Shown here one piece after another: positions 17,534-26,306 of a stretch of 32,000 bases of DNA (the stretch's first letter is position 1; the number at the start of each line of letters is the position of its first letter). The stretch is from Nitrosopumilaceae archaeon. Its GTDB lineage: Archaea > Thermoproteota > Nitrososphaeria > Nitrososphaerales > Nitrosopumilaceae. A program made the position numbers and the translations under genes. The stretch covers positions 3,054,430-3,086,429 of the forward strand of contig CBDCCK010000002.1 in NCBI GenBank assembly GCA_965214835.1, in the 5' to 3' direction. The notes under the pieces are model-generated. The model saw only the letters and a list, made by a program, of their open reading frames with translations, made no database searches and was not told the origin of the DNA.

Positions 17534-17869
17534 ATGGCAGAGGATCTTACAAAAAAGGCAGCAGAGATGCTTCTGCGCGGTGCCACGCTTGTCAGCCAGC
17601 CATGCCCGTACTGCAGCGGCGTGAGAGTCATCAAGGACGGAAACGCGCTGTGTACAAGCTGCGGAAGGAGGCCGGGGGGGAAAGAGACTGGAAAAGACGC
17701 GACGGTGCAGGCACCCGCAGCGCTGCAGATTCTGGAAAAAAAGCTAGATGCGCTATCAAGGGAGCTGGAGGGAGAGACGGATCACGGCAGGCAGCAGGAG
17801 ATCATCAGGGCAGTGGACTCTCTGATTGATGCCATTGCCAAGCTCAAGGACGGCAATCAATCAGGCTGA
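17534..17869 (+). CDS. UPF0148 / autoantigen-p27-like Zn-ribbon protein
   Basis: MAEDLTKKAAEMLLRGATLVSQPCPYCSGVRVIKDGNALCTSCG followed by a coiled-coil tail. A-T rich TATA-like ctatttttag lies about 25-30 nt upstream. The ORF track form starts at 17459. Confidence 0.8.
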   Translation: MAEDLTKKAAEMLLRGATLVSQPCPYCSGVRVIKDGNALCTSCGRRPGGKETGKDATVQAPAALQILEKKLDALSRELEGETDHGRQQEIIRAVDSLIDAIAKLKDGNQSG

Positions 17870-18080
17870 GCACGTAAGGACTAAGACAGGCATGGATCCT
17901 AGATTGCCGCAGGCACCCAGGCCAGCTTCAGATACGTCCAGTCCGCGTATGATCCAGGTTGTGTAGCCTGCGCATATGGATCTAGGGGTGATCAGAAATT
18001 GGCCTTGTGCCCAGCCCAAGCGGTTGCATTCAGTATCGTCATCAATGCTTAACTTGCTGTGAAGGGCAGCTGACATCATG
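17852..18080 (-). mobile_element. IS66-like remnant with an internal deletion of about 470 bp relative to 16842..17488
   Basis: 17852..17925 aligns with 16842..16915 (ggcaat...tgagcac...tgccgcaggcacccaggccag). 17987..18028 matches 17447..17488 with 4 mismatches. 18031..18080 aligns with the right end of 14200..15326. Confidence 0.55.
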
Positions 18081-18197
18081 CCAAGGGCGGCAAGAGCTTA
18101 CCCCCTAGGCGAGACTGCAGGTCAGGGCCCTGACTGCCGTACCTGCCACGCCGTATTTTCGGGGAGATAAGCTCTTACCCAAGGGCGTGCAATAACG

Positions 18198-18205
18198 TTT
18201 TTAAG
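18198..18205 (+). promoter_or_regulatory. Putative archaeal TATA box for the Sec61-beta gene (leaderless or short-leader transcript)
   Basis: tttttaag lies 25 nt upstream of the ATG at 18230 in an A-T rich stretch. Position only, no experimental support. Confidence 0.35.
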
Positions 18206-18229
18206 TAAATATTCGATTCGTAGGATATC

Positions 18230-18394
18230 ATGGCAGAGAAGAAGGGGGCACCGCTTCCGGCATCAAGTGCGGGACTGCTCAGGTTCTTTGAGGATGAGAC
18301 CAAGGGATTCAAGATTGATCCAAGAATCGTAGTCACCATCCCAATCGGTTTGATTGCCCTCTCATGGGCTTTGGATTTGTTGCTAGTATCGTGA
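18230..18394 (+). CDS. secG: Preprotein translocase subunit Sec61-beta (archaeal SecG)
   Basis: 54-aa ORF absent from the ORF track (under 60 aa): MAEKKGAPLPASSAGLLRFFEDETKGFKIDPRIVVTIPIGLIALSWALDLLLVS. It has the conserved SSAGL.RFF motif plus a C-terminal TM. Confidence 0.8.
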   Translation: MAEKKGAPLPASSAGLLRFFEDETKGFKIDPRIVVTIPIGLIALSWALDLLLVS

Positions 18395-18401
18395 AATCAC
18401 A

Positions 18402-20141
18402 ATGGATGATTCGGCAGACAATGTTTCGGGGATTCACAAGCGCTACACACTTACGTTGTTCAACCCGTCATCGCACTACCAGTCACTGATTCTTTCCGTC
18501 GGCGTGGCCGCTGCAATAGCTGCCCTGGCCTCGCTCAGCTATGACATAACGGACAGCCTTCTGCCTGCGGTGGCGCTGATTGTACCGGTCATGCTTGCCA
18601 CGCAGGCAGTCGACTCTAGGCTAATCCGAAACAGGGAATACTCAAAGGCGTTACACATGTCGCTGTTTGGCAACCTGATCTGGCTGATCACTGCGGCATC
18701 AGCAGTGCTTGCGGCACATGTCTTGGACAAGCCAGAGGCCTCAGTAATGCACCTTGTCATAGGGATGTTTCTGTTTGTGAGCTTTAGGATCGGAATACTT
18801 ACAACGGTGCTGGGGGTAAGCCTGAAAAGGGCGTGGCTGTTTTGCTTCATCCAGCCGCTTCCGATGCTACTGGTCCTTTTGCCTGTTGACAGATGGGAGT
18901 CGACGCTGGCAGATCCGCTCACTCTGGCGTTTGGAGCGGCCTTTATTGCTATCGCATCGGTATGGTCCAGAATGACGGACAATGCAGGAAGGCCCGGGGT
19001 CGAGAGCACCCACAGGCTCATACAGGTATACCTTTCATCGCAGGGCAGCGACAACGAGCAGATCGAGGCCATAATAGAGGATCGCTCCAGTCCCTCCACG
19101 ATCAAGACGCACCAGATCCGCCTGGAAAACGAAAAGGACGTCGATGTAAGGCTGGTGCTGCCAGGCATTCATCCGGGCCCGTACCACCCGATCGGGGGAA
19201 GCAACATCCCGTTTAGGATCTACGAGGCGCTGGGCTCCTCGGCGATGGTCATGCACAGCATATCTGATCACTCGCTGAACATACCGTCACAGAGGCAGGT
19301 GGAGCAGTACATTACGGACCTCAAGGAGACCTCGACGATAGACCGTGGAATGACGTGCACCGAGCCCGTGGTAGTCCAGATAAACAGGGCAAGGGTTACA
19401 GGGCTGTTGTTTGATAAAAAGCCGATCCTGTTTTTGTCGCTCTCTCCCCACGGAATGGAGGATCTACCAAGCTACATCAAGACCGAGATCGAGCAGTTTG
19501 CCAGAAACAGGAACTTTGAGCAGGTTCTGGTAGTGGACTGCCACAATGCAATGGGCGGGGAGATTTCAAAGTCAGACTCGGAGGACATGTTAAAGGCGGC
19601 AAAGTCATGCCTGGACACCCTGATCACCAAGGAGAAGCATCCGCTTGAGTTCGGGTACGCAAACTCGAGCAAGCTGAACCTGTACACCGTGGATCTGGCA
19701 AACGGGGGACTTGGAATACTGTGCCTGAAGATAAGGGATCAAAAGTACTTCCTCGGGTGGGCAGACGCAAACAACATGGAAAACGGGGTGAGGGAGAGGA
19801 TCGTCGAGGAGTTCAAGTACAACGGATACTGCCTACTAGAGCTTTTCACGTCAGACACCCACTTTTCACAGGTAAGGGTGCGCAACAAAAACGGGTATTA
19901 CCAGTTCGGGGTGATGTCAGAGCCCGAGGAGATTGCGGCGTGGTACCTGAAGATAGCAAGGGACGCAGAGGACAACCTCAGTCCGGGAAGGTTTGAGCTG
20001 CTGCGAAACACGTCAAAAATCAAGATCATGGGGCCCAAGATCTTTGAGGACTACAAGGTGGCAATAGACAATTCGCTGAGAATCACAAAGTTTTTTGCAG
20101 GCGGGGGCTTTGCGCTGTTTATCTCGAGCCTGTTCCTATAG
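18402..20141 (+). CDS. Archaeal membrane protein, DUF2070-like (N-terminal multi-TM domain plus C-terminal soluble domain)
   Basis: 579-aa ORF with about 6 N-terminal hydrophobic helices, a large soluble domain and a terminal TM. The family name comes from recollection of the architecture, not from a search. Confidence 0.8.
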   Translation: MDDSADNVSGIHKRYTLTLFNPSSHYQSLILSVGVAAAIAALASLSYDITDSLLPAVALIVPVMLATQAVDSRLIRNREYSKALHMSLFGNLIWLITAASAVLAAHVLDKPEASVMHLVIGMFLFVSFRIGILTTVLGVSLKRAWLFCFIQPLPMLLVLLPVDRWESTLADPLTLAFGAAFIAIASVWSRMTDNAGRPGVESTHRLIQVYLSSQGSDNEQIEAIIEDRSSPSTIKTHQIRLENEKDVDVRLVLPGIHPGPYHPIGGSNIPFRIYEALGSSAMVMHSISDHSLNIPSQRQVEQYITDLKETSTIDRGMTCTEPVVVQINRARVTGLLFDKKPILFLSLSPHGMEDLPSYIKTEIEQFARNRNFEQVLVVDCHNAMGGEISKSDSEDMLKAAKSCLDTLITKEKHPLEFGYANSSKLNLYTVDLANGGLGILCLKIRDQKYFLGWADANNMENGVRERIVEEFKYNGYCLLELFTSDTHFSQVRVRNKNGYYQFGVMSEPEEIAAWYLKIARDAEDNLSPGRFELLRNTSKIKIMGPKIFEDYKVAIDNSLRITKFFAGGGFALFISSLFL

Positions 20142-20742
20142 TCCTCAGATCATCGAGGTTTCCGTAAAACTCGTCGACAAAGGATGGGAACTGCAGGATT
20201 GGAACTATGGGCACGCGGTCAATAAAGTCGATTCTGTCATGGTATAGTGTGACGATCACGGGGATGGCCACGGAGCCCTCCGTCCTTGCGACATACTGCT
20301 TGGTGCGTTCGACCTGCTTTTTGACCACGCCGCGCAGCAAGGAGGCGCCGTATCGCCGCCAGTGCTTGCAGTCCACTAGGATCGCAACCCCGAGGTTTAC
20401 GCCTACCACGTCAATCTCCATCCTAGGCTTTGTCAGGATCAGGTTCCTCATGGTTGCAAAGCCCTTGGATTCGAGGATCTTGGCGGCCAGGCCCTCAAAG
20501 GACCTCCAGTCCAGGTGGACTGCGACGTCGTCAACCGGGACGCCTTTTTCAATCAGCATCAGGGCCGCAGACAGCCTGTCGGAGGGCTCAAAGACATACT
20601 GCCGGCCCGCACGCCTGCCTATCCCGTTCTCAACCAGGGTCTCAAGCATCTGTGAGCAGGCAGGGACATCCATCCCGGTTACGGCCGAAAAGTCATCAGG
20701 CGATATCCCGCCCGGGACTATCGCAGGCAGGGCATCAAGCAT
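20119..20742 (-). CDS. wHTH plus PD-(D/E)xK (restriction-endonuclease-like) nuclease-fold protein
   Basis: The C-terminal half has EIDVVGVNLGVAILVDCKHW (D...D/E-x-K nuclease motif). The N-terminal half resembles a winged helix. The longest ORF reaches 20901, but its first 53 codons are low-complexity and overlap the upstream gene. The ATG at 20742 is preferred. Confidence 0.7.
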   Translation of the reverse strand: MLDALPAIVPGGISPDDFSAVTGMDVPACSQMLETLVENGIGRRAGRQYVFEPSDRLSAALMLIEKGVPVDDVAVHLDWRSFEGLAAKILESKGFATMRNLILTKPRMEIDVVGVNLGVAILVDCKHWRRYGASLLRGVVKKQVERTKQYVARTEGSVAIPVIVTLYHDRIDFIDRVPIVPILQFPSFVDEFYGNLDDLRTIGTGSR

Positions 20743-20869
20743 GGACGATATGTTCACAGCGGGGATCAGGGCCGGCGCAACTTTAAGTGTTTTACGGGGA
20801 CGCCGACCCGCGGGCGTCCTGCCGCGGCCCCGATCTTTTGGATTCGGCCCCGGGGGGCTCGGGCCCGCA

Positions 20870-22357
20870 TCAGGGCGATGCTGCAATGACGCCGTTCTCA
20901 ATCAGCCACGTAATTCCGTCCACAAAGACCCTGTCGCCGATGATTCCCGCAGACCAGGCTCCTGTGGCGTCCCTTACCCAGCTTGGAACGGAACCGGCCG
21001 CATCTCCTGCCGCCTCGGTCGGCGGGATTACAATGACGCCGTTGTCTATCAGCCACCCAATGCTCTGCAAAAAGGTAGAGTCGTCGGTTATCCCCATCGA
21101 CCAGGCCTCCGCACTGCCCTTGATCCAGCTTGGAAGATTGATCTGGGCATCCGCTACAGACGGGACTGTAATCCCGGACTGATCGTTTTGTTGAACGGTT
21201 ATGGGCACCAGCAGGTAGTCAGTCGGAGTCCTGGTAAAGTCGGGCACGACAAACTCGGGCGCCAGGCCATACACCATTATCAGGTAGTTGTTCTCGCCGG
21301 CAGGCTCTCTTGCAAGCATTGTCCTCTCTGCCAGCCCGGAGGTGGAGTACAGGGATTTTCTTGCGTCCTCGTCGGCCAGGCTTCGAAGTGGCGGGAATGT
21401 GATATCGTCATCAACCACCATTATGTCATACTGGACCTGGTTCAGGAATTCGGTCTCGTCATAGGGCTCGAACTTTATCAGCCACTCGATGTCACATCCC
21501 TGTTTTGGCTGCTCGGGCTTGTACAGCACCTCTAGGTTGTAGTTAAACTGCGCGGTGGGTTTTTTGAGGGAGGTAAACTGCAGCTGATCAACATCCGGGC
21601 ACCCCAGCGCCTGCCGGACCTGCCCGTCGTCCTGTATGCCGGCAAACGGATCCTCCTGCACGTTCTCCCTGTAGTCAAGCAGTGTCAGGGCATACTCCTG
21701 CAGATGCTGGCCCTCTGCAACATGGGTCCAGGTGCTTGCCTTTACCGGAAACGGGAATCCATCCACGATCCAAATGTGGCTGTGCGCGCCGCCTGTCTTC
21801 CATCCAACACGTATGGCATCAAAGGTTCCGGCGGGAACCGTTACGGACTCGGCCGCCTGTGGGGCCACCTGCACGCCTCCTATGTCTCCAATCTTGGCCC
21901 ACGATGGCCTGCTGAACTCCTTTGGTCCTTTCCCGCCCTCGCCGCCATATGATGTCGCAAATGAGGACAGCCATGATATCGAGGACTTGATTGCGACGCG
22001 GTAGGTCGCCAGGTTATCAGTACCCTCGGTCGGCTCGGCCGTAATCTTGCCAAACTCCAGCTCCCCCTTGTGAACCCTGCCGCCGTCATAGACTACTGCC
22101 TGTGCCAGCCACTTTGCCTCAGAGCCCACCTGCCTGTCCCCCTGAATCCAAAAGTCGACCTCAAAGAAGGTACACTCCTTATAGTCAACATGGCAGAGGC
22201 GGTACGAGAAATAGTCACCCTGCTTGAGTCCCTCGCCCAGCCACCACTCCCCGGGAACCTGGATGCCGCCCCCAATCTGCGACGCGTGTGCAGCTGACGC
22301 CGTCGAGAGTAGGGCAACGGCTGCGCCCAGCACCAATGCGGAAATTACGGCCTTCAA
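20870..22357 (-). CDS. Secreted protein of unknown function with two C-terminal Trp-rich repeats of about 37 aa
   Basis: TTG start and signal peptide KAVISALVLGAAVALLSTASAAHA. C-terminal PSWIKGSAEAWSMGITDDSTFLQSIGWLIDNGVIVIP and PSWVRDATGAWSAGIIGDRVFVDGITWLIENGVIAASP. Confidence 0.85.
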   Translation of the reverse strand: MKAVISALVLGAAVALLSTASAAHASQIGGGIQVPGEWWLGEGLKQGDYFSYRLCHVDYKECTFFEVDFWIQGDRQVGSEAKWLAQAVVYDGGRVHKGELEFGKITAEPTEGTDNLATYRVAIKSSISWLSSFATSYGGEGGKGPKEFSRPSWAKIGDIGGVQVAPQAAESVTVPAGTFDAIRVGWKTGGAHSHIWIVDGFPFPVKASTWTHVAEGQHLQEYALTLLDYRENVQEDPFAGIQDDGQVRQALGCPDVDQLQFTSLKKPTAQFNYNLEVLYKPEQPKQGCDIEWLIKFEPYDETEFLNQVQYDIMVVDDDITFPPLRSLADEDARKSLYSTSGLAERTMLAREPAGENNYLIMVYGLAPEFVVPDFTRTPTDYLLVPITVQQNDQSGITVPSVADAQINLPSWIKGSAEAWSMGITDDSTFLQSIGWLIDNGVIVIPPTEAAGDAAGSVPSWVRDATGAWSAGIIGDRVFVDGITWLIENGVIAASP

Positions 22358-22435
22358 GTGCCATATTGTAAAAAAATCCCTAGTTAAGCCTTGTTCATAT
22401 TTCAGCTGAGTACCCCAGATCCGGCGTCATGGAGA

Positions 22436-22990
22436 GGACTTGGGCTCCCTGAGATACACCGTCATGCACTCCTTGAACACCGGGCATCGTCGTGACGTTT
22501 TGCACCCCGGATTCCTCGACAGAGCAGCGCCCTAGCAGTTATCCACTCGTTGAACAGCATCATCGAGTAGTAAAAGCACAGGCGTCCTGGTGGCCAGGTC
22601 GGCGGTCCGGGTCTTGGCCCTGCTTAATCTTTCACACTGCCGTTTTATCTGCGCCTCAAAGGCCTCCTGTGCGGCCTCCAAGGGTGGTCGCCTTGATCCT
22701 GTAGGTGTGCCACCGGGCAGAGGAACCGGCGCCGCTTGTACACGTCGTGGCGTTGATGCACCCGCCCACCGATGCGTCATTGAGGGCACCGCGCATCATG
22801 CCGCGGCTCAGGTAGTCGATCCCGTATATGGCGTTGTGTTTCCCGGACATTCTGACACACGAGAGCATCTCCTTCCGCCATCTGTAACATGTTCATATAT
22901 GCGCGGGTCGTTCTCAAGATCGCGGCACTTTCTGGATTTTTGTTTTATCACGAAAACCACGGGGCCGCACCCCGACTGATCCGTTTGCAT
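22436..22990 (-). pseudogene. DDE transposase remnant (IS4/ISH3-like), copy A
   Basis: Multiple overlapping minus-strand frames. 22436..22623 is a 188-bp repeat of 27164..27351, which in copy B lies just downstream of the ESYSSRWGIETG (Y-x2-R-x3-E) motif. Confidence 0.5.
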
Positions 22991-23089
22991 CTGATAGTAT
23001 TGTCAAGACGGTCTAAATTTCTTGGTTTTCTGCCTGACTGGGGTACTTTTCACTTAGCTGAAGCTGCAATGCAAAGGGCAAGGGCAGCG

Positions 23090-23575
23090 GCGACAAGTGG
23101 GGCCGGCTGGTGCGATGGTAGATCGGTGGCTGCCCCAAGGTGCCGATGGGTGATCTCTCAAAGGCAGGGAGACAGGAGGGCCTATGGTATCCGAGGAGCA
23201 CCGTGCTACGGCAGGAGGCGGATCGTCGGGATCGTGATACCTGCCATAAAGCGCATGTTCGGCGAGGACGTAAAGGCCCTCAAGTGGCTCAATATAGTGC
23301 AGGAGGGGGTTGTCGCCTAATTCGTCAGAATTTCTGAAAATCATACGATGTTATCCGGACTAGGCGTGCAAAAGTGCAGAAATTCAGAAAAACGTGCGGA
23401 TTGAGTCCGGCAGGTGGAATTAGGCGACAACCCCGTGCAGGAGGTAAAGTTGAGGATATGGCTGCACAGCAAGTGGATCGCAGAGGCGCTGGCTGCCATG
23501 TGGGAGCCGAGCGCCGGCCACGATACTGGCGGATTGACTGGGCTCTAGTCGGAGCCATGTAACAGACCAGCGCAA
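23090..23575 (+). pseudogene. IS5-like DDE transposase C-terminal remnant, interrupted by MITE-C
   Basis: YGRRRIVGIVIPAIKRMFGEDVKALKWLNIVQE resembles the Y..R..vE..fs.iKRkFG...Q..E C-terminal signature. Removing the MITE and one TSD copy extends the frame to about 23548. Confidence 0.5.
23306..23434. mobile_element. MITE-C: 129-bp element with 18-bp perfect TIRs and a 9-bp target-site duplication
   Basis: TIRs are ggggttgtcgcctaattc (23306..23323) and gaattaggcgacaacccc (23417..23434). It is flanked by gtgcaggag at 23297..23305 and 23435..23443. Confidence 0.8.
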
Positions 23576-23617
23576 CCCAAATATACAATTATAACATAGT
23601 ATAAGTGGTGAATGTGC

Positions 23618-23740
23618 ATGGATAAGGAGACCAATGATGTTGAAGACATTGTCTTTGACGATAACGAAAAAATTGAAATTGCCTGCTCGTACCCGGATGT
23701 GGAAACTGCTATAAAGGCGCTCCACGCTTCAGTCAAGTAA
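23618..23740 (+). CDS. Small acidic protein (40 aa), first gene of a low-G+C two-gene cassette
   Basis: MDKETNDVEDIVFDDNEKIEIACSYPDVETAIKALHASVK. The stop overlaps the next ATG (TAATG). An A-T rich TATA-like region lies upstream. Absent from the ORF track because of its size. Confidence 0.4.
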   Translation: MDKETNDVEDIVFDDNEKIEIACSYPDVETAIKALHASVK

Positions 23741-23910
23741 TGGCAATCTCAAAAAAACTCATTTCCTTTTCTAAAGATTTTAAAAAGCAGTATCCAAACA
23801 GGTCAAAACCCGTACGTGATGAAATTGATGCAATTCTTAAGGATGTTGGAAAGATGGTGCAATACATCAGAAAAAATGATCTGCCGCTCAGAAAAGCTAA
23901 ACTATACTGA
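23740..23910 (+). pseudogene. 5' part of a small ORF interrupted by the IS630 insertion (continues at 24999..25016 and 26862..26927)
   Basis: MAISKKLISFSKDFKKQYPNRSKPVRDEIDAILKDVGKMVQYIRKNDLPLRKAKL runs into the IS630 TIR, which supplies Y-stop. Confidence 0.5.
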
Positions 23911-23981
23911 TGATCATTGAAAATTTCGCCTGATTACACATCTTGTAAAGGTTTATAGCTCCCCACCATGTCACTCCCGGC

Positions 23982-24185
23982 ATGAACAAGACGAAAATCC
24001 TCACGGATGCCATGCATGTCGAAAAGGATCTCAAGATTCACACCAGAATCATGGCGGTGCGCTCCGTACTGCTTGGCAACACCACCGCACAGACTGCAGA
24101 GATTGCCGACGTGACACAGCGTACCGTACAGATGTGGATCAAGAGATTCGAGCTTGACGGCATCGACGGCCTCCGTGACTCCTAA
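23982..24185 (+). CDS. IS630-family transposase, N-terminal HTH part
   Basis: TAQTAEIADVTQRTVQMWIKRFELDGIDGLRD is an HTH typical of IS630/Tc1 transposases. It ends in TAA while the homologous reading continues in the +1 frame. Confidence 0.75.
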   Translation: MNKTKILTDAMHVEKDLKIHTRIMAVRSVLLGNTTAQTAEIADVTQRTVQMWIKRFELDGIDGLRDS

Positions 24186-24966
24186 CAGGGACAAAAAACC
24201 AAAGGTTCCGGTCGGCAGGATAAAAAAGATCGCCACAAAGTTGCGTAGGATGGAAAAGCTCACCCCGAAGAAGCTGTGCAACCGGGTGCGCCGCAGGCTG
24301 CATGTCACATACAGCGTGGGAAGCATCAGAAGAATCCTGCGCACGATGGGATTCTCGCCAAAGACGTCAACCACCAGGCTTGCAGATGCTGCCGACGCAA
24401 AGGCGGTAAGACGGTGGCAGGGGGTGGCAAGAACCGCGATCAAGCTTGCAAAAAGGCGCGGATTTAGGATAGCCGTACAGGACGAGTCGATATTCGTCAG
24501 TACGGGAAGGGACGGCAGAAAGTTCTGGTCGCCCGTGGGGGACAGGATCGAGGTGCAACGATCCGGCAGAAGGGAGCGCGTCGCGGTATACGGAACGATT
24601 GCAGACGACGGAACCCGGCTGATGCGCACATACGACAAGTTCAACAGCGCAAACTTTGTGCATTATCTCAAGCAGGTGCACAAAAAGCGGGGAAAGGTTC
24701 TGATTGTGATGGACAACGCAGCACAGCACAAGACCGGAAAGGTCCGCAGGTACCTGAAGAAAAATCCAGACGTCGTCCTGCTGTACCTGCCGGTAGCCAG
24801 GCCGGAGCTGAGCGTCATAGAGGCAGTCTGGAAGGATGCCAAGTACGGGCCGGTCACGTCGGCATTTTACGAGACGGTAGATCACCTCAAAAGGGCCGTC
24901 TCGGAATACTTTAGGACGTGTTCCATCAAGGTTGACATCTATAGGTACCTTGAGCGCAGCTTGTAA
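24154..24966 (+). CDS. IS630-family transposase, DDE (DDE_3-like) part
   Basis: PNRDKKPKV..., IAVQDESIF, VAVYGTIADDG and LIVMDNAAQHKT give the DDE_3 pattern. Joining to the upstream ORF needs a +1 shift within 24154..24183. Confidence 0.8.
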   Translation: MTASTASVTPNRDKKPKVPVGRIKKIATKLRRMEKLTPKKLCNRVRRRLHVTYSVGSIRRILRTMGFSPKTSTTRLADAADAKAVRRWQGVARTAIKLAKRRGFRIAVQDESIFVSTGRDGRKFWSPVGDRIEVQRSGRRERVAVYGTIADDGTRLMRTYDKFNSANFVHYLKQVHKKRGKVLIVMDNAAQHKTGKVRRYLKKNPDVVLLYLPVARPELSVIEAVWKDAKYGPVTSAFYETVDHLKRAVSEYFRTCSIKVDIYRYLERSL

Positions 24967-25268
24967 GGGAGGCGAAATTTTCAATGGTCATCAGTATAGT
25001 TCTTAGAATAAAAAAGGTAACAGGTCGGGCTCCGGAAGCTGTTCCTGATTCCAGGCACGAATCTGTCTGATCGGGCTCCGGAAGCTGGATTTTGGCACAA
25101 TCTGCCATGTTTTTCGGGCTCCGGACTGCGGTGGCACATGAGCGGAACCGAATTCGTGTACCGCACACCATTTACGGCAGCCACCGCTATCATTGTATTG
25201 CTATTCCATGGCAGCAGCCATGCGCATCCGGATTCAGGGCGTGCCTGCAGGGCCTGTCATGCCTTTGT

Positions 25269-26306
25269 TTATGCTGCCGCCGCGCCGACTTGCGGGGCAG
25301 GCATCGGGATCTCCGTGACCCTGCCGTCAAGATAGTCCGTTACGAACGAGCAAAAGTTGACGCCGCGCAGCTCACACGTGGCGTATACTGTACACATGGT
25401 CTCAGTCATCTTCATTCCCTTCTCGGATCTGTTTCCGTACAGGATCTTCCGTATCACGGCAATCATGCGCAGTACCCTCTCGCTGCCGTTGTTGTGATAC
25501 TCGACGTCATGCTCCAGGAACGTAAACAGGTCGTCGACCTCCCTTTTGAGGCGCTTTGTATATCGGATGCAGTCCGTGTCCGTGTACGCGGCCGAGGCAA
25601 GCTTGTGTATGCGGTACTTGAGGCACTGCACCTCCCCGGGCGTGGCCTTGCCCATCTCTATTGCGTCCTTTAGGATGCCGCGCAGCCTGTAAAACAGCGT
25701 GCCGTACTCGGCGCTGCCGTTTTTATCCAGCGTCAGGTACATGTCCCGAAAGTAGTGCAGGAGGCACTTTTGGTGCTTGCCGCCGATGCGGTTCCACACC
25801 GAGTACGAGTCTGATGAGACGATGCCGTCAAAGGCTGCCATCAGGGAATCTATGACGTCGCCTGAGCGGGACGGCGCTATGTGGTAGAACACCGAGAACC
25901 GGGTCACAAGCACCCAGACCCAGTGGCCCGTCCCGTTGAGAAACCAGCCCGTCTCATCACCCCCGACGGACTCTGAGCGCCGTATTCCCTCCAGAATGCC
26001 GTCATATACAGGCATCATCCTGGTAGTCGATACATCACACAGGTGGATCAGGGTGGACTTTGGTATGCAGGCGTCGTGAAGCGTGTGCAGTATGATCTGG
26101 ATCTTTTCAAAGGATATACACATGCAGCGAAGAAACACGATTATCCCGATGATGCGCGTGCCGTAATGCTCGTCCGGCAGCACGCCGGGCACGGGGCGGC
26201 GCGCTTTTTCTTGCATGACTTGCAGTAGCGCTTGGTGACGTCCCATTCCGTCTCGGTCCACTTGCCGTCGACCAGATCCTTGGACTTTCTTGTGTACCTT
26301 TCGCAC
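25269..26306 (-). CDS. IS66-family transposase, DDE catalytic part
   Basis: GGDETGWFLNG, GHWVWVLVT, SRSGDV...FDGIVSSDSYSVWN, QKCLLHYFRD and HNNGSERVLRMIAVIRKILYGNRSEKG follow the IS66 TnpC pattern. It is in the -1 frame relative to 26141..26719. Confidence 0.85.
   Translation of the reverse strand: MRKVHKKVQGSGRRQVDRDGMGRHQALLQVMQEKARRPVPGVLPDEHYGTRIIGIIVFLRCMCISFEKIQIILHTLHDACIPKSTLIHLCDVSTTRMMPVYDGILEGIRRSESVGGDETGWFLNGTGHWVWVLVTRFSVFYHIAPSRSGDVIDSLMAAFDGIVSSDSYSVWNRIGGKHQKCLLHYFRDMYLTLDKNGSAEYGTLFYRLRGILKDAIEMGKATPGEVQCLKYRIHKLASAAYTDTDCIRYTKRLKREVDDLFTFLEHDVEYHNNGSERVLRMIAVIRKILYGNRSEKGMKMTETMCTVYATCELRGVNFCSFVTDYLDGRVTEIPMPAPQVGAAAA

Larger units (their letters stand above)
23905..24996 (+). 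mobile_element. Complete IS630-family insertion sequence
   Basis: 26-bp TIRs: tactgatgatcattgaaaatttcgcc (23905..23930) and ggcgaaattttcaatggtcatcagta (24971..24996), 25/26 complementary. Flanking TA at 23903..23904 and 24997..24998 within a restored CTAG target. Confidence 0.9.

Noticed and set aside
20207-21535. 442-aa + strand ORF
   Set aside because: It runs antisense across two well-supported minus-strand genes and is Arg/Pro/Ser/Gly-rich and low in complexity. This is a typical shadow ORF of G+C-rich DNA.
23895-23935. C/D-box sRNA-like motifs (tgatga ... ctga)
   Set aside because: The motifs are part of the IS630 terminal inverted repeat, and no guide or terminal-stem arrangement is evident.
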